DNA of 64,000 nt from Octopus sinensis. Its lineage: Eukaryota. The stretch spans positions 47,368,001 to 47,432,000 of the forward strand of contig NC_043002.1 of assembly GCF_006345805.1 (NCBI RefSeq), written 5' to 3'. Position numbers and translations under genes: made by a program. The notes beneath the pieces are model-generated. The model saw nothing but the letters and a program-made list of their open reading frames with translations, had not been told where the DNA came from and did not search any database. Positions within the stretch are counted from its first letter, which is position 1, and each line of letters starts with the position of its first letter. Positions 13,499 through 26,654 of the stretch are shown here, one piece after another.

Positions 13499-13550
<52 letters not shown>

Positions 13551-13628
13551 ACGACAATAACAACAATAATAACAACAACATCGAAAAATACCTTAGGAAT
13601 GAGAACCCAGGTTCGAAATTTCCCCAAG

Positions 13629-13672
13629 ACACCTGATGAAGGCTGTAGGGTATATCAGCCGAAATGATGTGT
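13629..13672 (+). ncRNA. Degenerate minimal type I hammerhead ribozyme motif within a short repeat (13575-13730)
   Basis: ACAC-CTGATGA-A-GGCTG(loop)CAGCC-GAAA-TGAT-GTGT; stems I and II pair, but the stem III/cleavage segment is TGAT instead of CG-UH. Confidence 0.55.
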
Positions 13673-13996
13673 TAACAACAAGCAAGATGAGGATAAATAT
13701 CCGTCAATTGTATATAATGTAAATAATGTACTAAAGAACATTCTTTGAAGCAAGCTAAGTTGGACGGTAGTAGGGTATTTCAGCAACAAAATTCAATGGT
13801 TGTTGAGGCTTCCTATGAAATCGCCATGTGGACTGCAAAGAGCAAGTAGAGCCATGACATCGGAGAGTCTCTCAAAAAACCATGTCTACTCCGTGCAGCA
13901 GATCTCGTTCTGGGGAAAGATAGTACAGACAAGCTTTCCCAGATTTTACTATCAAACGACGCAGTCAAGGAAAGGATCGACGACTTGACTCAAGAC

Positions 13997-14225
13997 ATCA
14001 GTTGTTAGTTGTCGGAGCACTGCATCCTTCAAAACGTCCATGCTTCCTGAGATTCACCAACACTACACCTGATTGTCTCCCCTCCATACACACGCAAGCA
14101 TGTATCTGACTCATACACTGTTCACTTCCCAGACATTTGTACATTACTGCATATGCTTTATACGCACTTTCGACACGTGGTGCACCTGAGCACTGTATAC
14201 AATAATTTCATTATTATATTATTAT
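13997..14225 (+). mobile_element. 3' end of a LINE-type element with an (ATT)-like tail, inserted in the hAT transposase
   Basis: Removing it restores ..LTQDI|KDQILDHVK; ATCA is present at both junctions. Confidence 0.6.
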
Positions 14226-14688
14226 CAAAGATCAAATTCTCGACCATGTAAAATTTTGTTCTGTTCTTGTCATCCAGTGTGACAAAACGACTGACATCGC
14301 TCAGTGTTCTCAGCTACTGGTATATACTCGCTTTGTGTCAGGCAACTGTGTAAAAGGGAAATGTTTTGTCACTCTATGAGTAGTTGTACAACAGCAGCAG
14401 CTATTTTTTATGATGCATCAAACTTCTTTCAGAAAACCAGCTTTCGTGAGAATCGCTGGTAGGAATTTTCACTGATAGAGCTCCAGCCATGTTTGGTCTG
14501 CAGTCTGAATTCATTACTAGGGTGATATAAAAAAATGTTCATTTGTTGTAGGTACACATTGCATACTTCATCGTGAAGCCTTAGCATAAAGAACCTTACC
14601 TACTGAAATGAGGAGTGTCCGGAACGTAGCTATCAAGGTTGTCAACTTTGTTAAAAGTGGAACCTTAAACAGTTGTATTTTTAAACTG

Positions 14689-14817
14689 CTGTGTAAAGAT
14701 ATGAAATCTGTGTAAAGATATGAAATCTGTGTAAAGATATGAAATCTGTGTAAAGATATGAAATCTGTGTAAAGATATGAAATCTGTGTAAAGATATGCT
14801 GTGTAAAGATATGAAAT
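14689..14817 (+). repeat. 19 bp minisatellite (CTGTGTAAAGATATGAAAT x7, one copy 15 bp)
   Basis: Counted directly; the unit is the transposase segment LCKDMKS. Confidence 0.95.
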
Positions 14818-15989
14818 CTGAACATGAAGCATTGCTTTTTCACTCGAACATTTTTCACGTACGATGGCTATCAAAAAGAAACTTGCTTGGACGGCTTTAT
14901 AAACTACGAAAAGAAGTAGCAATATTTCGAGATTTGCAGCAGAAGGTAGATCTCCATGACAAATTCCAGTCTGAAGGCTTTCATCTATCTCTAGCTTATC
15001 TGGTAGACATCTTCGAAGTGTTGAATGCTTTTGACCTTAAACTACAAGGGAAAAACATCAACATTCTCACGCACCACGACACCATTCGATCATTCATGGC
15101 GAAACTCGACCTCTGGAAATGTCGAATTCAGGAGGGAAATATTGCCAGTTTTAGTTACTTGGATTCTGCTCTAATTCACGGTAACCTTGATTCTGAGTTA
15201 AAGAAACAGATAATCACTCATCTGACTTGAAAACAGAATTTATTAGATACTTCTCAGATATAGACGAAAAGCGTGAAGCTTGGAAATTCACCAGGAACGC
15301 ATTTCAGTGTGAAGTGACTGATGTTTTGGATGAAGCGCAAGAGGAGTTTCTTGAGCTGAAGTTCAACTCCCCAGCTAAAGAAGACTTCAAAGAACTGGAT
15401 CTTGAAATGTTCTGGATCAAGTGCCTTCCTGTTTGCCCTCTGATCGCACATCAGGTTCTTCGGTTTTTGGCTATGTTTGGGTCCACGTATCTTTGTGAAG
15501 CTGCATTTTCCACGCTCATTGCTGTCAAGACAAAGAACAGGACAGACTGAACGTTGAAAGGGATTTACGATGTGCACTCTCTGGCATTCAACCACGCATT
15601 CAAGATCTTGTAACTAAGAAGCAGTGTTACGTATCTCACTAATAATGTGACTTATTCATATTCAATAAAAGAAACTTTTTTGTTGAGAAGTAGTGTCAAG
15701 TATCTCACTTTTTGTATAATGCATATTTTGTATAATGTGACTAATTTATATTCAATAAAGACTAAAAACATATTTTTAGATTTTATTTACATTTTAGGAT
15801 GTAATTTTATTCATAGATGCAAGGGAGTCGTGATGAGAAGGACAAATTCATAGGAGGGGCGTGATAGTAAAAAGGTTAAGAACCACTGCTCTAAAGGTTA
15901 CACAAGGAGAAAAACTAACCAGCTGTCTATAGTACTGGTTTGTTTATCTATAAAACATTAATAACAAATAAACAAAGTAGCTAGTTATA

Positions 15990-16250
15990 AACTCTCAAGA
16001 AGAGATAGAGTAGACTATAAATCCAAGCCATCAGTGAAACTGTAAAAATCTGTAAAACTTTCTAGAAGTTAATCATTTAAGTATATATGAGCATGTCTAG
16101 AGATGCAAGTATATGCACGAGAAGAGACACATAAAACAAAACATACAAATCTGCACATATACATACATACATACATACATACATACATACATACATACAT
16201 ACATACATACAAAAATACCCTGGTAATGTTGAAATTCCAAGGGGAAGGAG
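15990..16250 (+). mobile_element. 3' end of another non-LTR retrotransposon family (copy 1)
   Basis: ~250 bp similar to 18737-18935. Confidence 0.55.
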
Positions 16251-16699
16251 TTCGCTTCCCCTGCTAGCGATGTATTGTATATAAAGAATGCAGAACGTTG
16301 CATCCAAAACCAGCTGGCGGAGAATCTGCCTGGGGTTATACTAGTAGTAACACTTACCTGCCACGTTGATGTGGCAACTTGCTTACTGTTTAATAATAAC
16401 AAATGTTCAATATATAACTTTGGGTAACAATAGAAAGAACAACGACGAGGCAAATAAACGATTTACAATATGTGTCGACAGACGATCAATAATAACAATG
16501 ACAGAGTCTCTCCGAAGACAGGCTGGCACTGCAGTCAAAACTGAATGGAATAAGTTTCAAGCAATCAATATATGGGAAGTTGCTTTATTAGAATATGATA
16601 CAATATTATCAGTAGGAAGAAAGGGGAGTCACAAAGGTTGGACTGAAAATCACGAAAACTACTCACAACACACGGAGCATTCCATCCCAAAAGCGATAT

Positions 16700-17400
16700 T
16701 GATTGGTAGTATCTTATCCGGTGAATGAGGATAATCAGCTGTGAAAGTTGTATGCGCTTGGGCTGGTATATCAGTGTGCCATAGAACCCTTGCTGATGAT
16801 TCAGGTGAGGATATCTGATATAGTCAGCACACATACCTGAGTGGAGATAGGAGAGTAAAGTAAGGAAGAAAAGAGACTGGAAAAAAGATAAACTGTCAGG
16901 TTGCGAGAGAGGTGAGGAGGCATGCAGATTCAGATGACAAGTGACACGGGCTAAGGAAGTGCGACTTGAAACCACAGGCAAAAGCGGTTATCTGTGCAGC
17001 GTAGAAACAAGTATCTAGGATAAATTACACCACTTGCAGCGTTGACAATACAACAGAAAGGACAAGTGCAGGTTGTGCTGTGATTAAAGTGAGACTGGCC
17101 CCAAATCTGGAAAAAACCAAGAATCGATAACGCCACGGTAGTGATTCATTGGAAGCTGCGCGGAAAATACTGATTGAGTAGAGCAAAGACCTGATATGGG
17201 CAAATCCCAGAAGTTGTAATTGATAATGACAAGGAATGTGTAATAATCCAGGTGACCATTAAATTAAACATTCAAAGCCGGATACAGTTATAAGGAATAA
17301 AGAGGAAAAGACTGTTTGACCATAGCTTTTGCATATTTCGGCAATGGTAGAGTATTGGAGAGAAAAGAACGATTACGTTTCGGTTATGCAAATTACCGAG
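16700..17400 (+). pseudogene. Highly degenerate R4-like RLE retrotransposon fragment
   Basis: DLKPQAKAVICAA*KQ..NY...D....KCRLC and VIHWKL remnants. Confidence 0.5.
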
Positions 17401-17785
17401 GTTATAAATACGTTCTATTATAGTTTGCATATTTCCTTTCTGTTGGAGATAAAGTAGGATAACTGCTATGGTAATCTATGCCTATTGGATCAGAGCCATG
17501 TGTTCACAGCTTTCCCCTTGCCTTCAGACATTCACGCTTCCTTAGTGGCATGCCTGTGTCTGAAAAATCTCGATTCTTCAGATTTTCTCTCCATCTCTCA
17601 TTTGGAATTGGTTCCAATTGCCATACACAACATTTCTACCATACATAGAAGCGGGAAAAAATTAATAAACCAATAATTGCTCTTCTATGGTGTTTAGTAT
17701 ACTTTTATTCGTTTTTTTAAAAACCCATGCCACTTGCCACTCGATGTTATTTCTGCTATTTTCGTTTCATTCACGTTATACGTAG

Positions 17786-17986
17786 ATGCAGGCGTGGCTG
17801 TGAGGTAAAAAGTTTGCTTCTCAACCACACGGTTCCGGGTTCAGTCCCCCTGCATAGCACCTTGGGCAAGACTCGTCGGGCCGACCAAATGCCTTGTGAG
17901 TGGATTTGGTAGACGGAAACTGAAAGAAGCCCGTCGTATGTATATATGTGTGTATGTGTATTTGTTTGTCTAGTTGTGCGTGTATT

Positions 17987-18032
<46 letters not shown>

Positions 18033-18240
18033 TGTGTGTGTTTGGCCCCCATCACCGCCTGACAACCGGTGGTGGTATGTTTACGCTTCCGTACCTTAGT
18101 TGTTCGGCAAGAGACACTAACAGAATAAGTACCAGGTTTAAGAAATATGTTGTGGGGTCGATTTGTTCGACTAAAACCTTTCAAGGCGTTGCTCCAGAAT
18201 GGTCGCAGTCAAATGACTGAAACAAGTAAAAGAATAAAAG
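17786..18240 (+). mobile_element. SINE family A
   Basis: GGCGTGGCTGTG..GGTTCAGTCCC head, GT tract, GGTCGCAGTCAAATGACTGAAACAAG tail. Confidence 0.85.
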
Positions 18241-18255
18241 CAAAACACACACACA

Positions 18256-18302
<47 letters not shown>

Positions 18303-18689
18303 TATATAATATATATATATATATATTCTAATATGAATTTGAAGCAGCTCGAAGGATGTAAACAATATCGAACACACATACACAAGTAAGTGAGAGAATA
18401 CATTCTCTTACGCCTATAAGCGTAGCCTACTCACGAACGAGCAAAAGGTTAAACTTGTACATGTATGTTCGATACTCTTTATATCCTTCGAGCTACTTTT
18501 AATTCATATTTGAACTTTTTTCGTGGTTTGAAACGTTTGCGCATACCACCATATGGTTCTTACACCATCTTGCATATATTTATAGATAGCCATTTAGCTT
18601 GAATCAGGCCTGTTATCCGTTGGTGTTGCTGCCGTTTTTACTGTTGTGAGTGTTGTTGTTGCATCCTCCCACAACAACAACAACCAATC

Positions 18690-19005
18690 TCGAGAAATTG
18701 GGCTTCTCAAAGCCAGAAAGGAGAAAGTTGATTCGAAGACTACAAATCCAAGCCATCACTGGAACTATAAAAATCTGTAAAACCTTCTAGAAGTTAATAA
18801 TTTAAGTATATATGAGTATGTCTACATACGCAAGTATATACATGAGAAGTCACACAAATCAAAACATACAAATCTGCACTTATACATACATACATAGATA
18901 CAAAAATACCCTGTAAATGTTGAAATTCCAATGAAGGAGCCTTGGATCTAAATTAGAAACCGGTTCTTTCTCTATTGACAAGAAATCTTGAAATAAAACT
19001 GAATC
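18690..19005 (+). mobile_element. 3' end of non-LTR retrotransposon family (copy 2)
   Basis: Encodes NLEKLGFSKPERRKLIRRLQIQAITGTIKICKTF, then a UTR shared with 16013-16250. Confidence 0.55.
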
Positions 19006-19019
19006 ATCTCTCTCTGTCT

Positions 19020-19109
<90 letters not shown>

Positions 19110-20202
19110 TGAAATTTTGCTCTGTTTATTGCATAACAAAGTGTAACTTTCAATCTTAGCAGGAGAATTAATTCTGAATTTTTGTCATTACTATTTAGCG
19201 AGAATAAGATTTATGCTTAGTAACAATTGATGCGCAGTGATTTCATAAAAATAAGTATGGCTGTTTTAACAGACATATTTATTGTTGCTGAAGTTGTTTA
19301 ACTGAAGGTCAATATTGATGGACACAGTTCTATTTTTGAAACCAATTAAGACAACCTGCTACCTTTTTTTAAAAAGACATTGAGTGGCTACTTCGCATGC
19401 TCGTTAATATTAATGCAAATCATGCCTTCCTTTGTTTCCAAGGAAACTAACCAGTACGTTGCTTCATTCTGTGTGCAATTAATGATTGCAAGGTGCTTCC
19501 TGTTTACAGGGGTTTCTCTTATTAAAGATATTCAGTGGTTGTCATGTGAATATATAATTCATTTGTAAATCGATTTACTTAGCTTTTAAGTACATTTTGT
19601 TATGTTTCTTCATTTTCTTCGTATAAAAGTTGCTTATACAACATTTTATTCTGTAATGATTTTTCAAAATAAAAACATTTTAAGTTAGTTATTTGCATTG
19701 CATTTGGTGAACGTTAGCTTCCTTGGTTAGGGTTTGCAAGGAACTAATCAATGGTTAAGTATATATCTAATGCAAAAGTAACAGGGTTTGCAAGTACAAC
19801 ACTCATGTTCATCCTCTTTTCCTTTCTATCTCTGACTGTTTCCTACTATCTCTTTAACATTTTCTCCATGACTTCTCTCTCTTCCTCCCTCTCTGTCTAT
19901 ACACACACACACACACACACACACATACACACACACACACTCATTATACATGTGTGATTTTGTCTATGCGTGTGTATATGTAAAGGTCAGTCCGGCGAAA
20001 GCTTAGCTGGTCGAAACTTGGAAGCTACTGTCAACAACATTCTTGTTTAAGAATAATAATTTTATACTCTACAAAATTATAGATAGAGTAACCCATCAAT
20101 TTAGTGTAAAATCGTTTTTATTATCATTGAAATAAAAACCAACGATGTACGTGCATGTGTGTGTATGTAAGTATGTATTATATATAATATATTATATATA
20201 TA

Positions 20203-20258
<56 letters not shown>

Positions 20259-20279
20259 TATATACACGCACATGATGCG

Positions 20280-20435
20280 CTTCTTTCAGTTTCCATCTAC
20301 CATATTTACTCACAAAGCTTTACTCAGCTCAGAGTTAAGATAGAAGATACTTGCCCAAGGTGCCACAAAGCGGGCCTGAACTGGAACCCATGTGGTTGGG
20401 AAGTAAACTTCTTTACCATACCCATACGCCTACGC
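20280..20435 (-). mobile_element. SINE family A head
   Basis: Reverse complement of the tRNA-like head. Confidence 0.75.
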
Positions 20436-20499
20436 CTATGTATGAATAAATGAATATATATATATATATATATATTGTTGGCATCCTTTTCTCTCGGGA

Positions 20500-20910
20500 G
20501 ACAATAGAGTTGCGCATAAACTAATCCAATCTGGTTTTTACATTTCATGTCCTCTCCAGTTTCCTCTCTAGTTTTGCGCAGGCCTGGGCTAGATGTAAGA
20601 AAATCCTGGGTAGCCCTGTCGTTAGGATTCCTCTCTCGACTTTGCTGACGTAGTCCAGAGGAGTACAGAACATTACGTTTGGCACCAGCTTGGTTGCAGG
20701 AGCTGCCGAAAGAGTGTCAAGTCGAACACTAAACCGTCTATGGGGCTCCACTCCGGATTTCTTTGAAGGTTGTCTCCTTTCCGTAACCCTGGATAGGGGC
20801 CCATACCGGGTACTGTCAGCCGGAGCCAGCTAAGCACGGGACCCGTGTCAAGCAGGGTCGTCATTCCCTGAAGTAGTGAAGAAAATCACTACCCATTACC
20901 TATATATATA
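20500..20910 (-). other. GC-rich repeat-like segment, possibly the 5' region of a LINE
   Basis: Abrupt GC-rich island with no recognisable protein motif; the assignment is only an inference. Confidence 0.3.
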
Positions 20911-20914
20911 TATA

Positions 20915-21228
20915 TAGGCGCAGGCGTGGCTGTGTGCTAAGAAGCTTGCTTCCCGTATGGTTTCGATTTCAGTTCCGCTGCGTAGCACTTTCAGCGAGTG
21001 TCTTCTATTATACCCTCGGGCCGATCAGAGCCTTGTGAGTGAATTTGGTTGACTGAAACTGAAAGAAGCCCGTCATATATGAGTGCGTGTGTGTGTATGT
21101 CTTGGTGGGTGGGTGTGTATTTATGAATGTGTATGTATCTTTGTCTCTGTGCTTGTCTCCTCCCATTATCGCTTGACAACCAGTGTTGTCTTTGCGTCCA
21201 TGTAACTTAGCGATTCGGTAAAAGAGAC
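20915..21228 (+). mobile_element. SINE family A (3'-truncated)
   Basis: TAGGCGCAGGCGTGGCTGTGTG head and family A body. Confidence 0.8.
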
Positions 21229-22015
21229 TGTCAGCGTATGCGGACGACATCCCCGTCATCGTATCCTGTGACAAATAACTACATCTAGTAGGTGGTGCCA
21301 TAAGGGTTTACAGAGCGGTAACGGGAGTAAAAATACACTGTGAAAAGTCGGTCGGACTGCAGCTCGGCACCTGGAGTGAAAAGTCAATGTCACCCATCAC
21401 TGTTATAGGACGCTAGTCGAACGGCCCGGTGAAATTGCTCGGAGTCTGGTTCGAAGAAGACCTCTAGATAGAGAGAAACTGGACTGAGGTAACGAACAGG
21501 CTGGCCAATCTCACTCAGAAATGGGTTGAGAGGAAACTGTCCCTGAAAGGGCGGGCGGAGGTGGCGAATGTGTTCATCGCATCAGTCATCATTTATCGCC
21601 TAACAACCATGCCTTGTCCGGATTCGTGTCTTGTGAAGCTGGAGCGCCTGCTTTTTTTGTGGAAACGCCGGAGTTCGCTGCTCAGACACTCTATCTGCTA
21701 TCAACTGCCGCTAAGTGGAGGGCTGGACATGCCTTGGCTGAAAATGCGCAGAGGCTGAGACAATTCCAGCTTTGCCTAGACGGTGAACGGGTGTGGTCGC
21801 CCCTCGTCAAACTCGTTTTCCCACAGTTCGGCTCATTTAGCGAATTGGATCAAGCGCAGACCTAGGTTGGGTGTTTAGCAAGCAGAGCGCCGTTATGGCG
21901 TCACGCTTCTCAGCCAAACGGGCAACGTGTGCGGCAGGGTTTCCATCTCGTCTTTCTGTAGAGGGTTAGTGGCTGGCAAGTGTGAAGACGTTCTGGGCGA
22001 GATCCTTTCGCAAAC
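21228..22015 (+). pseudogene. L1/Tx1-clade reverse transcriptase fragment
   Basis: SAYADD..TGVKIH.EKSVGLQLGTW..VKLLGVWF..LSLKGRAEVANVFIASVIIYRL..GGLDMP. Confidence 0.8.
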
Positions 22016-22683
22016 AGCGGTAACTTTCTTCAGTTGAATACACGTCATTGATTGGTTAAAATTACCCAAACCCGACAACTTTAACACGAAGTAACTTATG
22101 AAATACATAATTTTGTCAAAAACGTTAAGAGTAAACCGTGGTCTACGTGACGCATTCAACCAATATCCAAAGTTTCAAACTGTTTAGTTAAAAAAAAAAA
22201 TTAATTAAAAATACTGTGACTGAAATTGAATAGATCCATGAGTTTTTCACTCGCTAAAGGTCAACTGCCAATTGTGGTTGTCCACATTGTTCTTTGCACA
22301 ATGAAAAATTATTTTGTTCTTATGAATGCATTCATTGTATTCTTTGTGTGTGTATGTGTTTAAATGTATGTATTTATGAACAGTATGTGTGTCAGTGTAT
22401 TTAAATGTCACTTGCTAGTCATCATGCGCCTCCACTCCTACGTTTAAGTATCCATAAGTATACGAATATGAAAACTATTCACTAGACCGTAAACATTTAG
22501 TACAACTTTTTTAACTTAAAGCTTAGGCCTCATAACATTGAAGACGTGTCAGTGGTTGAGAATAACTTAGTAAACAAGATTTTAAGTTTTTCTATCATTC
22601 TCTTGGGAAAATCTGGACATTTTCTTCATATGTAAATATATAAACATGTCACATATACAGTTGATTAATTCTTTTATCATTAT

Positions 22684-23115
22684 AGTGACACTGGGGTAAA
22701 ATATACGAAGCCGAATACAGTCATCATGACTACCCTTCACATAAGAATACACCAGGCACATGCATCACAACCATGTCTGTGCGACATGGTGATCTCATAT
22801 CAAGATTAACAGGTTGAATGAAACTCTCATGTCTCCTGAGGTGAATAATCTAAACTGCAAAGAATTCCTCTCAACACATGGGTATGATGCTACCCCACTA
22901 CTTCTATTCGTGATCAGAGATGCACATATCCTCAGCTACTAAGAGACATACTCAATTGGTTATGGTAAAAAAAACTGACAACCAATGTGTGGTATTTAGC
23001 AGAATATTTGCTGTAGACCATCTTTTATACCAAAACAAAACAATGTACATGATAAAACTTCCAATCAGTTAAGATGAGAAGCCATGAAAGCCATTGCCTG
23101 GTACTGCATCAGGGC
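22684..23115 (-). mobile_element. Non-coding repeat family X (3'-truncated copy)
   Basis: Homologous to 27983-28536; same 5' start GCCCTGATGCAGTACC next to (AAT)n. Confidence 0.8.
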
Positions 23116-23131
23116 ATTATTATAATTATAA

Positions 23132-23202
<71 letters not shown>

Positions 23203-23203
23203 T

Positions 23204-25219
23204 TTTCTTCTTTCAAATTTGCTTCCATTTCTTGCCGAGTGTCTTCCCGACTCCTAGGGCAAAGAAACTCATACTATACATTGGTAGGCCATTAAACCAA
23301 ACTCAGTAGTTCGTTCATTTTTTTTTTTTTAAAGTTAAATTAAAATACATGAGCAGCAACAGTTCTCACATCGACAATGCTCTTCTCAATACGTGTGATG
23401 TACCAGTTAAGACAATCTTTTGCACTTCTTGCAGGGATGGTAAGCCAGGGATCATTCTCATATAATTTTCGGTTCCCTTCTTGATCATTCCTAGTGCTCC
23501 TGCGATCACTGGTATTGTAACCGCCTTGAGATGCCACATTTTCTCAATTTCAATGAGTAGGTCTTTATATTTTCTGAGCTTGTCAAACTCTTTCGCTGAG
23601 ATATTATGATCACAGGGGATGCTCATGTCGATCAATAAGCAAACTTTATTGTTTTGGTCTTTCACAACAATATCTGGTTTATTGGCCTTGATGGTTCGGT
23701 CTGTATGTACTGGAAAGTCCCACAGAATGGTTACATTTTCTCCTTCAGTTACAGCCTCAGGGTGGTGATTATACCACTTGTCGGCAGTTTTGATATTGTA
23801 ATGCCGACTTATTAGCCAGTGGAGATATTGGCCAACTCTGTCATGTCTTAATTTATACTCCACTGGTGCTAAGACTTTACATCCAGAGATTAGGTGGTCC
23901 ACTGTTTCAATCATGTCGTTGCAGAATCGGCATTTTGGGTCTGCTCCATTTTTCATCACATTGGCCTGGTAGTTCCGGGTTAATAGGCTTTGATCTTGAG
24001 CAGCCAGGATGAAACCTTCGCTCTCTGCTTTTAGCCCTGAGCTCCGTAGCCACTGATGGGTTTGCTTCTGGTCAACATCAGCTTGTTTGCTGCGGGTCAC
24101 ATATTTGCCGTGCAGAGGTTTCTTCTACCTATCAGCCAATTGCTCGTGCGCTTTTTTCATTGCCATCATTTTCACCTTCTTTGCAACAATAGTTGCCGTA
24201 CTTCCCTCGGGTTGTTCAGTTTGGGTATCCTGCACGAGATCAATAGCAATTTTTTTGCTTTCCTTTATGATAGAATGAAGCTTCTTTCGTCTCTCGTGAT
24301 TTTCCACGAGCTTTAGCATCCAGTCATTCGATATTTCGAGATATTTGGCCAGTCCAATTGTGGTTGTTTTGTAAGCTAGTTCAAATTGGATCAGGCCTCG
24401 ACCTCCTTGGGCTCTGGGAAGGTAAAGGCGATCTACGTCTGCCTTTGGGTGGTGCATCCTATTACAACTCAGCAGCTTGCGTATTTTTCTATCTATATTC
24501 TTTACTTCACTCATATTCCAGTTCAACACATTGTAGCTATAAGTAACAACTGGAACTGCTAAGGAATTTATAGCTAACACCTTGTTACGTGCATTTAGTT
24601 CAGATTTCAGGACTGCACGAACTCTCCTATAACATTCCTTCCTGATTTTCTCTTTCATGCTTGCATGCTGAATACCAGAGCCTTCATTTATCCCTAAATA
24701 TTTGTATGTTTGTTCTTGCTCAAGCTCTCTTATGACTGTGTCAACATCTAACACGACTGAATTTGTGGTCTTCACTTTCCCTTTCTGGAAAGTGGCCTTG
24801 GCACACTTCTCAAGTCCAAACTCCATCCCGATGTCATCGCTGAATGCTTTCACGGTGCGCAATAGGCCTTCAAGTTCATTATTGTCTTTACCATAAAGTT
24901 TTAAGTCATCCATATAAAATAGATGGCTTATTTTTTTATTGGCAATTTTATACCCATACCCTATTCTGTTTAATTCACTTGTAAGGGGTATTAGGGCTAT
25001 GCAGAATATTAAAGGTGAAAGTGAGTCACCTTGAAAAATTCCACAGTTGATGTTTATATTTTCTGAGGCAAGTACTCCATTAGAGTGGTATAATTGGAGA
25101 TTCGTATTCCACAACGACATATTGTGCTTCAGGAAGTTTGAAATCACAGGGGAAATTTTGAAGATATACAGCGATCTCAAGATCCATGGATGCGGTATAC
25201 TGTCGAAGGCCTTTTTGTA
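23204..25219 (-). mobile_element. R4/Dong-like family 2 (5'-truncated)
   Basis: ORFs 24125-25180 (FQGDSLSP, YMDD, MEFGLEKCAK, GGRGL) and 23366-24100 (CRFC..HLISGC, KPD..LID); (AAT)n on both sides. Confidence 0.9.
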
Positions 25220-25269
25220 TTATTATTATTATTATTATTATTATCATTATTATTATTATTATTATCATT

Positions 25270-25740
25270 GAGTGAGAGAGAGCAGTGCATGCCATCAAAT
25301 TGACACTGGGGCAAAATATACGAAGCCCAGTATACCCATCATGACTACCCGCCTGATAAAGATACACTAGGCACGTGCATCACAACCATATGTGCGTGAC
25401 ATGGTGATCTCAGATCAAGATAAACAGCACACGACCTTGCAGGTGGGGCACAGTTAGAATTTTCTTCTGGTCGAGTAGCCCATCCCGCTCAAATAGTCCC
25501 TGAATAAGGGTTGCTTAAGGATGTTGAACGAAACACCCATGTTTCTAGAGGTGAATTATTCAAATCCCAAAGAATCCCCCTCAACACACGGCTATGAGGC
25601 TCCCCACTACTTCTGCTTGTGATCAGAGATGCACATGTCGTCAGCCGCCACTAAGGGACATGCTCAACTGGTTATGGTCAAACAACTGACAAGCAAATCT
25701 GTGGTATTGAGCAGAATATTTGCTGTAGGCCATCTTTTAT
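25270..25740 (-). mobile_element. Repeat family X (5'-truncated copy)
   Basis: Ends CTCTCTCACTC then an (AAT)-type tract on the minus strand, like 27983. Confidence 0.8.
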
Positions 25741-25796
25741 ATCATCATCTTCATCATCATCATCATCATCGTCATCATTATTATTATTATTATTAC

Positions 25797-25854
<58 letters not shown>

Positions 25855-25856
<2 letters not shown>

Positions 25857-26245
25857 GACGGCAAGCTGGCAGAATTGTTAGCGCGGCAGGCGAAATGCTT
25901 ATTTCGTCTGCGACTACGTTCTGAGTTCAAATTCCGTCGAGGTCGACTTTGCCTTTCATCCTTTGTCCTAGTTTGTCCCCCTCTGTGCTTAGCCCCTTGT
26001 GGGCAATAAATAATTAAATCGTTATTATTGTTAAGGCTGCAAGTTGGCAGAATCGATAGCGCGCCGAGCGAAATGCTTAAGAGTATTTTGCCTGCCGCTA
26101 CGTTCTGAGTTCAAATTCCGCTGAGATCGGCTTGCCTTTGATCTTTCGGGATTGATAAAATTAGTACCAGTCAAGTATGGGGTCGATGTAATCGACTATC
26201 CCACTCTCCACAAATTCGAGGCCTTGTGCCTATAGTAGAAAAGAT
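25855..26245 (+). mobile_element. Two tandem SINE family B copies (25855-26010, 26033-26245)
   Basis: Each has GCAAG(C/T)TGGCAGAAT..GTTCTGAGTTCAAATTCC. Confidence 0.8.
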
Positions 26246-26654
26246 TATCGTTATTATTATTGTTGTTGTTGTTGTTGTTGTTGCTGCTGCTGTCATAGGT
26301 TCCGAAAATCGTCAGTTTTCTCCGGAAAATAGCGGTCCCTTCCGGTCATTTTCAGCTAGGGTGGAGAATAAGAGATCCTTCTTCTGCTGGTGAGTTCCTT
26401 TTTTGTTTAAAGTCCTCCTATTTCTTGGGGGACTTATCAAATTTATTCCAATTTTCATTCCATGTGGAAAAATTGAGAATTTTGCTCAATAGCAGCCATA
26501 AATAGTTTGGAGGAAGTTTCAATCATCGATGAGAGATGGGGAGACACAGAGGAATGTCTCGCTATAAAAATGAGAAAGGATGACAGTTCTTCGCCTGTTG
26601 GTATGACTACCAGACAAGCAGGCAGACAAAAACAAGGCGAGCTGGCAGAAACGT

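Larger units (their letters stand above)
13730..15888 (+). mobile_element. hAT (Buster/Charlie-like) DNA transposon, 5'-truncated, transposase disrupted
   Basis: EASYEIA..IGE..KPC, LSND, QCD.TTDI, TD.APAM.G, HCILHREALA, WLSK, YLCEAAFSTL; right TIR AGGTTAAGAACCACTG ends at 15888, followed by CTCTAAAG (NNNTANNN). Confidence 0.85.

Noticed and set aside
16013-18935. ~250 bp direct repeats at 16013 and 18737 as LTRs
   Set aside because: No TG..CA ends, PBS, PPT or gag-pol between them; they read as LINE-type 3' ends
18925-18970. Hammerhead-like CCAATGA..GAAACCGGTT
   Set aside because: The core differs from CUGANGA at invariant positions and stem II does not pair in this copy
19985-20030. Hairpin CCGGC/GCTGG followed by GAAAC
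   Set aside because: No CUGANGA upstream and no stem I
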